DNA from: a bacterium
GTDB taxonomy: Bacteria; UBA8248
Direction: 5' to 3'
Assembly: GCA_965203325.1 (NCBI GenBank)
Contig: OZ241875.1
Coordinates: forward strand, 3,680,001-3,744,000
DNA: 64,000 nucleotides
Below the pieces are notes generated by a model. That model saw only the letters and a program-made list of their open reading frames with translations, was not told the origin of the DNA and did not search any database. Shown piece by piece: positions 29,985-39,265 of this stretch. The position numbers and the translations under genes were made by a program. How positions within the stretch are numbered: position 1 is the first letter of the stretch; each line of letters starts with the position of its first letter.

Positions 29985-31013
29985 TCAAGACAGGGGGTGA
30001 AGGACGCAGACGATATAGCCCTTTGCGGCCGCGGGGCCCTCACCGAAGGCGGGGCCGCTCCGCCCCGCCGGGGGGAAAGCGAGCTTGACGTGGTTGATTC
30101 CGAAAATGAAATCGAAGACCCCGAAGCGCGAGAAAATCCGTTCTCTATGAGTCCCCGCCAAGCCGCCGAGCGCGGCCGCCTTCTCCGGCAGGCACCAGCC
30201 TTTGCGGGTCATCATATCGAGCGTCTCCTTCAAGGCCGTGTTGGCCTGCTCCGGCTGGGACAATTCGATGCCGAGGCCGGGCGAAACGCGCCCCGCCGCC
30301 ACGTCGAGGGCGAAGACGCGATTGTCGACTCCACAGGCGCGGAACTCCGATAAAACCGCCTCGAGCGCCGCCTCGTCGCCGACCCGGCCCATCTCGCCCA
30401 GGAACGACACGCCACCGTCCTTTGGGGAGCGCACCAGCAGGCGCACGGCACGCTCCCGGTCCGGGAACGCGCCGACCCAGCGAATCGAAGCGCCGCCCGG
30501 CAGGGCGGCGAAGACGCGGGCGATCTCGGCGCGTTCGGCAGTATCCTCGCCCCAGCCCGCGGCCAAGCGGACAGCGTCGCTCACCACGCCGGCATGCGCA
30601 TAACCTCCCCCGGCGCAACGCAGAAACACGCCCGGGGCCGGAGAGTCTTCTACGCCGACAATATCATATTCGAGCGCAACGAGGTCAACCGACGCCGCAA
30701 GCGGGGAATCGGCCTTCTTCAGTTCGAAGAGGAAACGGGCGAGAGACGCGGCTCCGGGGCCGCCCGAACCCCCCTGTCGAACGAGCGCGTCGGAGAAGCG
30801 CGCGTCGGGAGGGACAGACAACAACAAATCGGCCGAGGCTTCCCGGTCACCGAGACGGAACTCCAGCCCGAACGCGGCATCCGCGGCGGACGGCGGTAGA
30901 TTCCCGGCCCGCGCAATCAGCCGTTCCCAACCTGGGCCGTCCAGCAACGCCTCCGGCAACACAGAGCGGGCAAGGAGAAGGATATCGGAAAGACTCCGCG
31001 CTTCCGCACCCAA
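29985..31013 (-). CDS. Hypothetical RiPP-associated enzyme B (possible ABBA-fold aromatic prenyltransferase)
   Basis: AAGGAG RBS and TTG start 14 nt after the precursor stop; stop abuts the HlyD start; paralogue of 22797..23903. Confidence 0.65.
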   Translation of the reverse strand: MGAEARSLSDILLLARSVLPEALLDGPGWERLIARAGNLPPSAADAAFGLEFRLGDREASADLLLSVPPDARFSDALVRQGGSGGPGAASLARFLFELKKADSPLAASVDLVALEYDIVGVEDSPAPGVFLRCAGGGYAHAGVVSDAVRLAAGWGEDTAERAEIARVFAALPGGASIRWVGAFPDRERAVRLLVRSPKDGGVSFLGEMGRVGDEAALEAVLSEFRACGVDNRVFALDVAAGRVSPGLGIELSQPEQANTALKETLDMMTRKGWCLPEKAAALGGLAGTHRERIFSRFGVFDFIFGINHVKLAFPPAGRSGPAFGEGPAAAKGYIVCVLHPLS

Positions 31014-31027
31014 GGGCGAGTCGCTCC

Positions 31028-31300
31028 TTAATAGTATATCGCCCCTGCGGCGGTCTCGAGTTCGGCTTCGGTGAGTTTCTTCGAGCGCGGCAGCACCAGA
31101 TGAGCGGTCGTCGCGTCTTCCTCGTGGACGAACAGCTTCAGGCTCTCCGGCACGACGAGGTCATAGTCTTCGCGCAGAACCTCCTTCGGATCCGCCAGCA
31201 GCCGGGCGCGAAATTCTTCGCTCTCGGCCGCTTCCGCAAGAAGTCGGTCTCGAAGATCGGATGCCGTCATCGCGCCGCGCGCGGTTTCAACTTTCTTCAT
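31028..31300 (-). CDS. NHLP (nitrile hydratase-like leader) RiPP precursor; predicted core IYY or AIYY
   Basis: AESEEFRARLLADPKEVL...VPESLKLFVHEED...HLVLP...LTEAELETAAGA-IYY; AGGAGG RBS; first gene of the exporter operon. Confidence 0.9.
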   Translation of the reverse strand: MKKVETARGAMTASDLRDRLLAEAAESEEFRARLLADPKEVLREDYDLVVPESLKLFVHEEDATTAHLVLPRSKKLTEAELETAAGAIYY

Positions 31301-31353
31301 TACCCACCTCCTTCTGGTTTTATCTTGGAAAATCCGCTCAACGCGAACAATCC

Positions 31354-31385
31354 ATTGTATTTTACATCGGCGGAGTTACTGTCAA
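31354..31385 (-). promoter_or_regulatory. Candidate hybrid sigma70 promoter for the precursor operon
   Basis: TTGACA (31385-31380, inside the IS256 end) followed by TAAAAT at 15 nt and TACAAT at 20 nt spacing. Confidence 0.35.
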
Positions 31386-31885
31386 ATGTTGTGTATGGCC
31401 GTCCTGAATCCAGCGGCCCTCCTGCCTGTTTCTTTTTCCTCCACCCCATTGATGAACCTCACGTCGGCGAGATGACGGAAGCCGCGTAGCCGGCGCCACC
31501 GCTTCCCGGCGCTCATAGCTAACGGATGCACAAGGCTCAGCGCCGCCGGGAAGTTGCAGAAGGCGAACAACTTCTCCCGATCCGGTTTGCCACCTCCACG
31601 TACAATGCAAACCCAACCACCGGATTCATCTTTCATTATACCAAAACTATCTATCTGTTTCATATTCAATACCTTTATTATCATACTTTTTTCGTGTATT
31701 ATATAATTTTTAGGCCGCGTAGCCGGCGCCATCGCTTCTCGGCGCTCATGGCGAGCTGATGCACGAGGCACAGCGCCGTCTTCTCACTCAGGCAGTTCCT
31801 GGTCTTCGCCGTTCGCAAGCGAATGGTGGCGAAGGTCGACTCGATGGGGTTCGTCGTCCGTAGATGCCCCCCAGTGCGCCGCCTT
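31371..31885 (-). mobile_element. Fragmented IS256-family transposase remnants with terminal repeat
   Basis: Minus-strand fragments HWGHLRTTNPIESTFATIRLRTAKTRNCLS...MSAEKRWRRLRG and DREKLFAFCNFP...KRWRRLRGF, ending in CATACACAACATTTGACAGTAACTCC. Confidence 0.8.
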
Positions 31886-32079
31886 CTTCAATTCAGCCCA
31901 TACACGAGATCCGAGGGTAACTCCATCGGCGAGGGATGTGATGTAAAGAAACCTTTAAGGGCGTGATGGTGGCCCCCCCTCGGCGTTTCCCCGTCTCCGG
32001 CCGGCTTGCATATTCCCCGAGCGGCGCGATATTCTTCGCGACGACGCTTGGCGCGCCAACCCTGCCGAGGGAGAGGGGG

Positions 32080-33342
32080 ATGTCCGGAAACGGCGCAACA
32101 CGGTTCGAGGAGATGGTCGCTTTTTACAGCGGCCGCGCGCGCTCGCCGTTCGCCGACTATTTCGCCGATCCTTACCGATTCTTCGCGTGGGCCAGGGCCG
32201 AGGCGCCCGTCCTGCACGTGCCGGAAGTCGACTGGTGGGCGGTCGCCCGTTTTGACGATATCATGTCGGTCTTCCGGGACCTGGAAACCTTCTCTACGGC
32301 CAACGTCCGTCGGCCCATGGCGCCGCTTTGTCCCAGGGCAATGGAGATTTACGAGTCGGCCGCTATCCGGATGGAGCCGACGCTGATCGACGAGGAGCCG
32401 CAGACCCATCGCCGTCACCGGCGCATCTTCGGCGAGGGTTTTTCCGCGCGGCGCGTCGAGCGCTACGAGCCGAGAATCCGCGCAATCGTTTCGCGCCTTA
32501 TCGAGGATTTCGCGGGCGAGGGCCGCGCGGACCTTCACGTCCGGCTTCTGCAGCCGACCGCCGGCAGAATGACCTTTCATCTTCTCGGCGGCGCCGACGA
32601 GGATTTCGATCTGGCCGACTGGCCAGGCGGGATGCGGCGGGTCGAAATCCTGGGACCCCCGACGGAGGCGGCGCAAGTCTCGTTCATGGAAATCCTCGCC
32701 CGGTTGTGGCCCTTCGGCGGCAGGCTGGCCGAGGCCGCGATCAAAAATCCTGGCGACAACTATCTCGGCGACCTCGTCCGGCTGCGTCGCGAGGACCCCT
32801 CCCTGTTCACGGATAACTACTTTCACAACGTCGTGCTCCTGCTGCAAACCGCCGGAGCGGACAACCAGAGCCACGCGCTGGCCAACGGTATCCGGGCGAT
32901 GCTCGATGCCCGGACGCCTTGGGAGCGCCTGTGCGCCGACCCCGGCCTCATCCCCAACGCTGTGGAGGAAATCCTGCGTTTCGGCACGCCCCTCATCGCG
33001 TTTCCGAGGCTCGCGACCCGCGACGCCGAGATCGGCGGGCGGCGAATCGCCGCAGGCTCCGGGATTTTGCTGCTGCTCGCTTCCGGCAACCGCGACGAGA
33101 CCGTGTTCCCGGACGGCGAGACGCTGGACATCGAGCGCGAGAATGCCGGAGATCACCTCTCGTTCGGCTACGGTGCGCATTTCTGTCTCGGGGCGCCGCT
33201 CGCCCGACTCGAGATGAAGATTATCCTGGAGGAGTTGACCTCGCGCCTGCCCCACATGCGGCTGGCCGACGGCGGCGTTCCGGACGTATTTCGGACGTTC
33301 ACGTTCCGGGGGCTGAAGCGCCTGCCCGTCGAATGGGATTGA
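32080..33342 (+). CDS. Cytochrome P450
   Basis: EEILR (ExxR), SGNRDE, HLSFGYGAHFCLGA heme motif; I-helix AGADN. Confidence 0.95.
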   Translation: MSGNGATRFEEMVAFYSGRARSPFADYFADPYRFFAWARAEAPVLHVPEVDWWAVARFDDIMSVFRDLETFSTANVRRPMAPLCPRAMEIYESAAIRMEPTLIDEEPQTHRRHRRIFGEGFSARRVERYEPRIRAIVSRLIEDFAGEGRADLHVRLLQPTAGRMTFHLLGGADEDFDLADWPGGMRRVEILGPPTEAAQVSFMEILARLWPFGGRLAEAAIKNPGDNYLGDLVRLRREDPSLFTDNYFHNVVLLLQTAGADNQSHALANGIRAMLDARTPWERLCADPGLIPNAVEEILRFGTPLIAFPRLATRDAEIGGRRIAAGSGILLLLASGNRDETVFPDGETLDIERENAGDHLSFGYGAHFCLGAPLARLEMKIILEELTSRLPHMRLADGGVPDVFRTFTFRGLKRLPVEWD

Positions 33343-33547
33343 GCGGAGCCCGTCGCGCGTCCGGCCCCGGGCGACCGGGAGTGAGGCGGCGAGAGCGGGG
33401 CGCGTTGCCCTGCGCCGCGCCGGGGGACGGAACCCGCCTCGTTTCGTCGTTCGCAAACGCAGTTTCATGTCTGGATTCGACGGACTCGCCGCGGCCGCTC
33501 CGTTCCGGGCGATTCGTCGATATTCAACGGACCCAAGGAGGGAGCGA

Positions 33548-34420
33548 ATGAACCCCGCAGAAACGGCTTCGTCCGGTGGAAAGGAAATGGAGAGGTCGGT
33601 TTCCGACCTTTACGCCGCGCTGACCGAACTCGTGGTGAAGAAAAACCCGGATACGCTGTCGATTCATCGCGGCCTTTGGGGGCCGGACACGAAGACCAGT
33701 CGGGAAGGCCTGGAGCGCGCCAACCGCATTCTGGCGCGGGGATGCCGCCTCGACCCGGAACGGCGCGTGCTGGACGCCGGCTGCGGCGTGGGCGGCACGG
33801 CGATCTTCCTGGCTGAGGAATACGGCGTCCGGGTCACCGGATTGACGATCTGCGAGCCACATGTCGCCGTGGCGACTCAATATGCGGAAGAGCGCGGGGT
33901 CGGCCATCTGGTCGAGTTCCGGCACGGGGACTTCATGGATTTGCCGTTCGCCGACGAGAGTTTCGACGTGGTGCTGAACCACGAATCCTTCTGTTACGCG
34001 GAAGACAAGCCCGCCTATCTCCGGGGCGTCTACCGGGTGCTCAAGCCCGGGGGGCGCTGGCAGGCCCTCGACGCGGAACTGCTGAGCGGCGCGCCGAAGT
34101 CCGAAGAGCACCAGGCGCTCGTCGCCGCCGTGGAGCGAAACTGGCGCCTGCCGCCCCTCCCGCCGTGGCGCGACGTGCTCGCCATGGTCGAGGAGGCGGG
34201 CTTTACGGAAATCGAGGAACGGGACCTCTCCGCCGAAGCGCTGCCGTCGACGGAGCTCATCCGCAAGGGCTACACGTTGTTTTTATTCCTGAACCCGCAA
34301 TTCGGCGAGATGAATCCCGCCGCCCAGGAGTTTATGGACGCGAGCGTCTGCTACGCCCAGGGATTGTCGCAAGGCCTGTTCACTTACCGCTTCATCTCCG
34401 GAACGCGGCCGACTCAATGA
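33548..34420 (+). CDS. Class I SAM-dependent methyltransferase
   Basis: IHRGLW, VLDAGCGVGG, GDFMDLPFADESFDVV, RVLKPGG; AAGGAGG RBS. Confidence 0.9.
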   Translation: MNPAETASSGGKEMERSVSDLYAALTELVVKKNPDTLSIHRGLWGPDTKTSREGLERANRILARGCRLDPERRVLDAGCGVGGTAIFLAEEYGVRVTGLTICEPHVAVATQYAEERGVGHLVEFRHGDFMDLPFADESFDVVLNHESFCYAEDKPAYLRGVYRVLKPGGRWQALDAELLSGAPKSEEHQALVAAVERNWRLPPLPPWRDVLAMVEEAGFTEIEERDLSAEALPSTELIRKGYTLFLFLNPQFGEMNPAAQEFMDASVCYAQGLSQGLFTYRFISGTRPTQ

Positions 34421-34589
34421 TCCCTGCCGAGGCGGCGCTCCCACTGCGAGCGCCGGTGGATCGGTTGGTGGCCGAGGGTTTAGACAGTCGCAACCGTCTC
34501 CGCATGGAGACTCTTCCCGTTTCAGGCGTCAGGTGATTTCCATCAGAGGTGAAAATCCGGCTAACAGTTGAATTCAGATTTGACATGTG

Positions 34590-34781
34590 GAAGGCCTTGA
34601 GGACGGCGGCGGTGGACTCCGCCTCGCCCCAGACGGGCCGGTTGTCGAACTCGTCGGGGCCGGGGGTCGCGCCGAACAGCTGGGCCTGCTCGCAGACCAT
34701 GGCGGTGAAGGATTCGTTCTGCGCTTCGATGTTGTCGACTTCGTGCATGATCATCTCCTTGTGTGTCGCTGTGGCAGTCAT
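34590..34781 (-). pseudogene. Probable truncated mobile-element gene fragment
   Basis: AGGAG-preceded start (MIMHEVD...QAQLFGATPGPDEFDNRPVW) that runs abruptly into unrelated AT-richer sequence. Confidence 0.3.
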
Positions 34782-35824
34782 CGTTCACTCCTTTGGTTGT
34801 CCTCGAGCGAGGGGATGGTTGAATTCGGGAAGAGCGTAGCCACGCTCGTTGCGCCCCACTTCTTTTGGCATCTCGTCGAGATACCCGGCGGCCCACTCGG
34901 CGGCGCGCCGGCGGTGGCGTTCGCGCTCTTTCCTGCGTCCCTCCTCGGGGTCCTTGTAGGGCATCCGTCTCTCCCCCCTCAGCGCCGACTGCTTTGGCCG
35001 AAGAGGCCGATCGAATAGACACCCCAATACTGGACTCCGCTGTCCCTGGTGCGCAGGCCCGTGCAGACGATGATCTCGTCCCGCGCGGGCCGCATCTCCC
35101 GGACGGCTTTCCGGGTGGCCGTAGCTTTCTTCGTCTTGCGCCCGCTCCCGGTCTTCGCTTCCGCAGCGGGCATGGGGCGGATCTCGCCGTCCATCGCGGA
35201 CTTGAACCGTTCCACGGCGTATCGCTCGTCTTCGAGCCCCCGGCCGAAGGTGTGGGTGAGGAAGGTGTTCGACTCTCGCATGGTCGCCCGCATCGCGCGC
35301 CTCCTTGCTGTGGGTGGTCGGGAAGGCGGAGAACGTCCTCTCCCGGACGCCCTTCCGCCGCCCCCTCCAGGCCAGGCTCTGCCTCTCGCCGGCGCGGGGC
35401 TTGGGCGAGGCGCTTTGCGGAAAAAATTTTTTGTCATATCCCCGCGCAGCCGGTCGTATGCGAGCCCCGCCCGTATGACGTCGGAGGATCGATCGGGACG
35501 AAGGTTCGAACGCGAAGGAGAGACGCATATGAACCGAAACGACGGGAACAGCCTGAGCGCACGAGTGCGCCGCCTGCTCGCGGCGGGGGCGGACCGCGAG
35601 CCTCTCGAGAAAAAATAATCACAAACTGCCTGGAAAATCAGGAAATTTCCCGGAAATCAGTTGCAATCCCTGTCACCTCGACCCACATTTGTTTCGTCCG
35701 CCTGCGCCGCTTCGGCGGGACCGGTTCTGCCGCCGGCGGGACGGCAAATGCGCGAAGGACGTCTTCGCACCGGCCGCTTCGGGTTCAGCAAGACTTCCCG
35801 GCGCCGAAGAAAGGGTGAATCACG

Positions 35825-36226
35825 ATGAGAATTCAGACGCGGCCCGTCATCATCGATCAGGCGGATTTGCCCTGGGAAGGGTGGGAGGATGCCGCTGTCG
35901 CCGCGCGCAGCGCCATCCGCTGGAAACTCCTGACCGCGGGCGAACGCACGGGGAGCGCCGGGCTCGTCACCGGCATCGCGGAGATTCCGCCGGGCGAGCG
36001 GCTCCTGTTGCATCACCACGGGCCGGAAGAGACCTATTACATCGTGCAGGGGCGCGGGCGCATGGAAATCGACGACCGTGCGGCCGACATCGGGCCCGGA
36101 TGCGCCGCCTATATTCCGCCCAATGCCAGGCACACGTTGCACTGTACCGGCGCGGAACCCCTCATCCTGGTATTCTCGTTCGCACGTGACCGCTTCGACC
36201 AGGTCGACTACCACTTCGACGAATAG
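35825..36226 (+). CDS. Cupin protein resembling DMSP lyases DddK/DddW
   Basis: RWKLL...GSAGLVTGIAEIPPG...LHHHGPEETY...YIPPNARH...DRFDQVDY. Confidence 0.7.
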   Translation: MRIQTRPVIIDQADLPWEGWEDAAVAARSAIRWKLLTAGERTGSAGLVTGIAEIPPGERLLLHHHGPEETYYIVQGRGRMEIDDRAADIGPGCAAYIPPNARHTLHCTGAEPLILVFSFARDRFDQVDYHFDE

Positions 36227-36429
36227 CGCCTCGCCGTCATCGGTCTGCGTATAACCGCTCAATGCGCGGACCGGGCCGTGCAACCCGATCGCGCCATGGC
36301 GGCACCGCTTCCCGCCGGAAATATTCGAGATCCTCATTCGTGCAGCGCTTTGCCGGCTGAAGAAGGAGTCGGGTGACGACCGCTCTTCGAGGCCGTCCCG
36401 CACCGGGGAGGATGTGTTCCGGAGGGTTT

Positions 36430-36673
36430 TCCTACAGCAGGTCTTCGGCGATGCTCTCCGCCACCCGCTCGGCGGACTCGCGCAGCGGCTCACCGTCACG
36501 CGCCTGGGGCCTTCCGGTCCACGCGCCTGGGCGACGTAGACTTTTGAGCCGGTGGGGTAGACCCGCACCTCGAAGCCGGTGAGGTCCCTGTCCCAGAACA
36601 CCGTGTCCTTCTCGACCGTGAGTTTCCTCACCAACCGGTTCGAGAGCGTTTTCATCATGGACTTCGTCGTCAT
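36430..36673 (-). pseudogene. Tyrosine integrase 2, internally deleted
   Basis: N-terminus LSNRLVRKLTVEKDTVFWDRDLTGFEVRVYPTGSKVYVAQARG joined directly to a C-terminal ESAERVAESIAEDLL-like tail. Confidence 0.7.
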
Positions 36674-37721
36674 CGCTCCATCCTCCCGTTCGTGACGTGG
36701 ACGCCGATGCTCTCGCCCACGCGGGCGGCCGCCGCCTTCTCGGCCTCGCGCATCAGGTGCGCGTAGCGCGCCGTGCTCACCACGTGACGGTGTCCGAGCA
36801 GCCTGCCGATCGCCGATAAACTCTCGCCGAGCGCCAGCGCCCGGCTGGCGTACGAGTGCCGGAGGTCATGAATGCGGACATCATGAAGCCCCGCCCGCTC
36901 CCTCACGGCCTCCCACTAGTAGGAGAGATTCAACGGGCGGCCGTTCCCGTTCCCTCTGGAGATCACCCAGGGGTCCTCCGGCGAGCGGGGGATCCCCTCC
37001 AGCACCCTCTTGGCGGGCGCCGTGAGCGGTACCATGCGCGGACCCGCCTTGGCGTCCCTCAAGCGCAGCTCGCCCGTCATGCGGTCCACGTCGTCCCAGT
37101 GCAAGTCCAGTATCTCGCCCCTCCGGCAACCGGTCAGCGGCGAAGCCCCCGGCAGGGGTTCTCCCCGGGCGGGAGAAGGCCCCACGCCTCGGCCATCTTG
37201 AACATCTTGGAGAGCAGTCCCAGGAACGCGTTGGCCGCGACGGGCGTCGCGCGCAGGCCGTGATGAAGCGCCGATACCTCCGCCCGGCCGACATCGGCGA
37301 GCGACTTCCCGCCCAGCGCCGGAAGGATGTGGTTCCCGATATAGGAGCGGTACGACTCAGCGGTGTCGGGCTTGCAGTGCGTTTCGGCATGGTCGCGCAT
37401 GAAGCGCCCGGCAAGCCCCGCCACCGTGGGCACGGCCTCGGGAGGCCCGGGCTCGGGCTCCTCGCCCCGCTTGATGCGGTCGATGACGCCGGCCGCCGTC
37501 TTCCTCGCCTCATCACACGACATCTCGCCGTGTCTGCCCAGCGCCACGCGCTTCGGCCCCCACGGACCCCGGGACTGCACCACGTAGACTTTCCGGCCCG
37601 TGGCGTATACCCGCACCCCGAAACCCGCCAGTTCCCGGTCCCAGAAGACGGCGTCGTCCTTCTCGACGGATAGCGCGTCGACGACGCGTTTGGTAAGCTT
37701 GCGTTCGCTTCTTTTGGGCAT
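36670..37721 (-). pseudogene. Tyrosine integrase 1 (Arm-DNA-binding type), frameshifted and deleted
   Basis: Pieces in three frames: KLTKRVVDAL...FWDRELAGFGVRV; LTGCRRGEILDLHW...DAKAGPR; RIHDLRHSYAS...LLGH...TARYAHL. Confidence 0.88.
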
Positions 37722-38061
37722 GGGCGCTCCCCGGAAAATCGTGTCACGGACCGGAGGACATGGACGAGCCGTAATCAAATCGCATACGTCCGGCATCAAA
37801 TATGCGTCCGTTATAGCGTAAATATGACGTAAACGAAAAGGGGAGCGAAAAAGAAAGTGTGATAATTACCGCTTTTAATACAGCAGTTTATCGTGTTTTA
37901 GGGTGTCCAGTCGTACGATTGTCCGTAGGGTGAGACTATGAACGTGTCTTTCGATAAATTTCTGAACAGAAAAAATGCCGGTGTGAGATAATTGCGTCCT
38001 CAAAAATGGCGGAAGCGAGGGGAGTACGCCCCCGGATCGATGGCGTAAAAGGAGGCGCGAG

Positions 38062-38505
38062 ATGGGCTTGACGAGCATCAACCATACGAGTTTCACGGTG
38101 TCAGACGCTCGGGCGATTGCCGAGTGGTACCGAGAAACCCTTGATTTTACGATACTTTCCGATGAAACCCGGCCCCAAGACTACAGCGAGAAGGTGACCG
38201 GCATCGCAGGCGCCGACCTCCGCATCGTCTACATCCGGGGCGGTGAGTACAACATCGAACTGGTCGAATACGTCGGCGCGCCCGGCGTCAAGATAGACAC
38301 GGCCACGAACAACGTGGGCAGTGCGCACATCGCCTATAACGTCAATGATCTCAATGGGATGTACGAGGCGCTCAAGCCCAGGGGGGTGCGGTTCGTCTCG
38401 CCGCCCGTGCCCGTCACCCAGGGCCCCAACAAGGGCGGCTTCGTCGTCTATCTCGAGGATCCGGACGGCAACACGCTCGAACTCATCGAGCGGCCGAGCA
38501 ATTAA
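38062..38505 (+). CDS. VOC/glyoxalase family protein
   Basis: INHTSFTVSD, IELVEY, HIAYNVND, YLEDPDGNTLELIE. Confidence 0.85.
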   Translation: MGLTSINHTSFTVSDARAIAEWYRETLDFTILSDETRPQDYSEKVTGIAGADLRIVYIRGGEYNIELVEYVGAPGVKIDTATNNVGSAHIAYNVNDLNGMYEALKPRGVRFVSPPVPVTQGPNKGGFVVYLEDPDGNTLELIERPSN

Positions 38506-38516
38506 GTCAAGCTAAA

Positions 38517-39224
38517 TCAGAGCGTTACGCTATCGCCGGGCTTTAAGACGATGATTTCCGTATTGAGGCCGCGTTTCCCGACTTCCTCGATGAACGCCTC
38601 GGGCGTTCCCGTCAGGTGGGGCAGGCTCGAGTGGTGGATGGGCACGACGCGCTTGGCTTCGAGCAGTTCACAGGCCAGCGCCGCCTGACGCGCGCCCATG
38701 GTGGCCCTGTCCCCGATGGGCAGGCAGCACAGGTCGGGCGCGTAGAGTTCGGCGATGATGCGCATGTCGCCGAAAACGGCCGTATCTCCCGCGTGATACA
38801 AGCGTTTGCCGTCCTCGAAGGTTAGAATCAGACCGCAGGGCTCGCCGGTGTATTTCAGTTCCGGCCCATAGGCGCCCCCGTGAAAGGCGTGGGTGAGCGT
38901 GAGCTGGACGCCGCCAAAATCGACCGTGCCGTCCTTTCCCATGGGGGTGGCGTGAGATCCTAAGTCGTATTCGGCGCCTATGGTGCGGATGAGGTCCATG
39001 TGGCCCGCCACGGGACATGGATTCGCCTCGAAAACGGGGATCACGTCACCCGTATGGTCGAAATGGCCGTGCGTGAGGCAGATGAGGTCCGCCTTCTGGG
39101 GTGTTTTGAGTTCCGGCGGGCAGACGGGGTTTTTCTCCAGCCAGGGGTCGATGTAGATGGTCTTGCCGCCGTCGGTTTTCACCAGAAACGTCGATTGTCC
39201 ATGAAATATCAGCGTGGTGCCCAT
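38517..39224 (-). CDS. UPF0173-type metal-dependent hydrolase (MBL fold)
   Basis: IYIDPW, THGHFDH, YHAGDTAVFGDM, LPIGD, PIHH. Confidence 0.88.
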   Translation of the reverse strand: MGTTLIFHGQSTFLVKTDGGKTIYIDPWLEKNPVCPPELKTPQKADLICLTHGHFDHTGDVIPVFEANPCPVAGHMDLIRTIGAEYDLGSHATPMGKDGTVDFGGVQLTLTHAFHGGAYGPELKYTGEPCGLILTFEDGKRLYHAGDTAVFGDMRIIAELYAPDLCCLPIGDRATMGARQAALACELLEAKRVVPIHHSSLPHLTGTPEAFIEEVGKRGLNTEIIVLKPGDSVTL

Positions 39225-39265
39225 GTTTTCAAATGCCTCCTAAATGGTTGATTTACCTGCGAATC

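Noticed and set aside
31600..31712. Small hydrophobic ORF in the AT-rich insert as a second RiPP precursor
   Set aside because: No leader similarity or RBS; it lies between IS remnants
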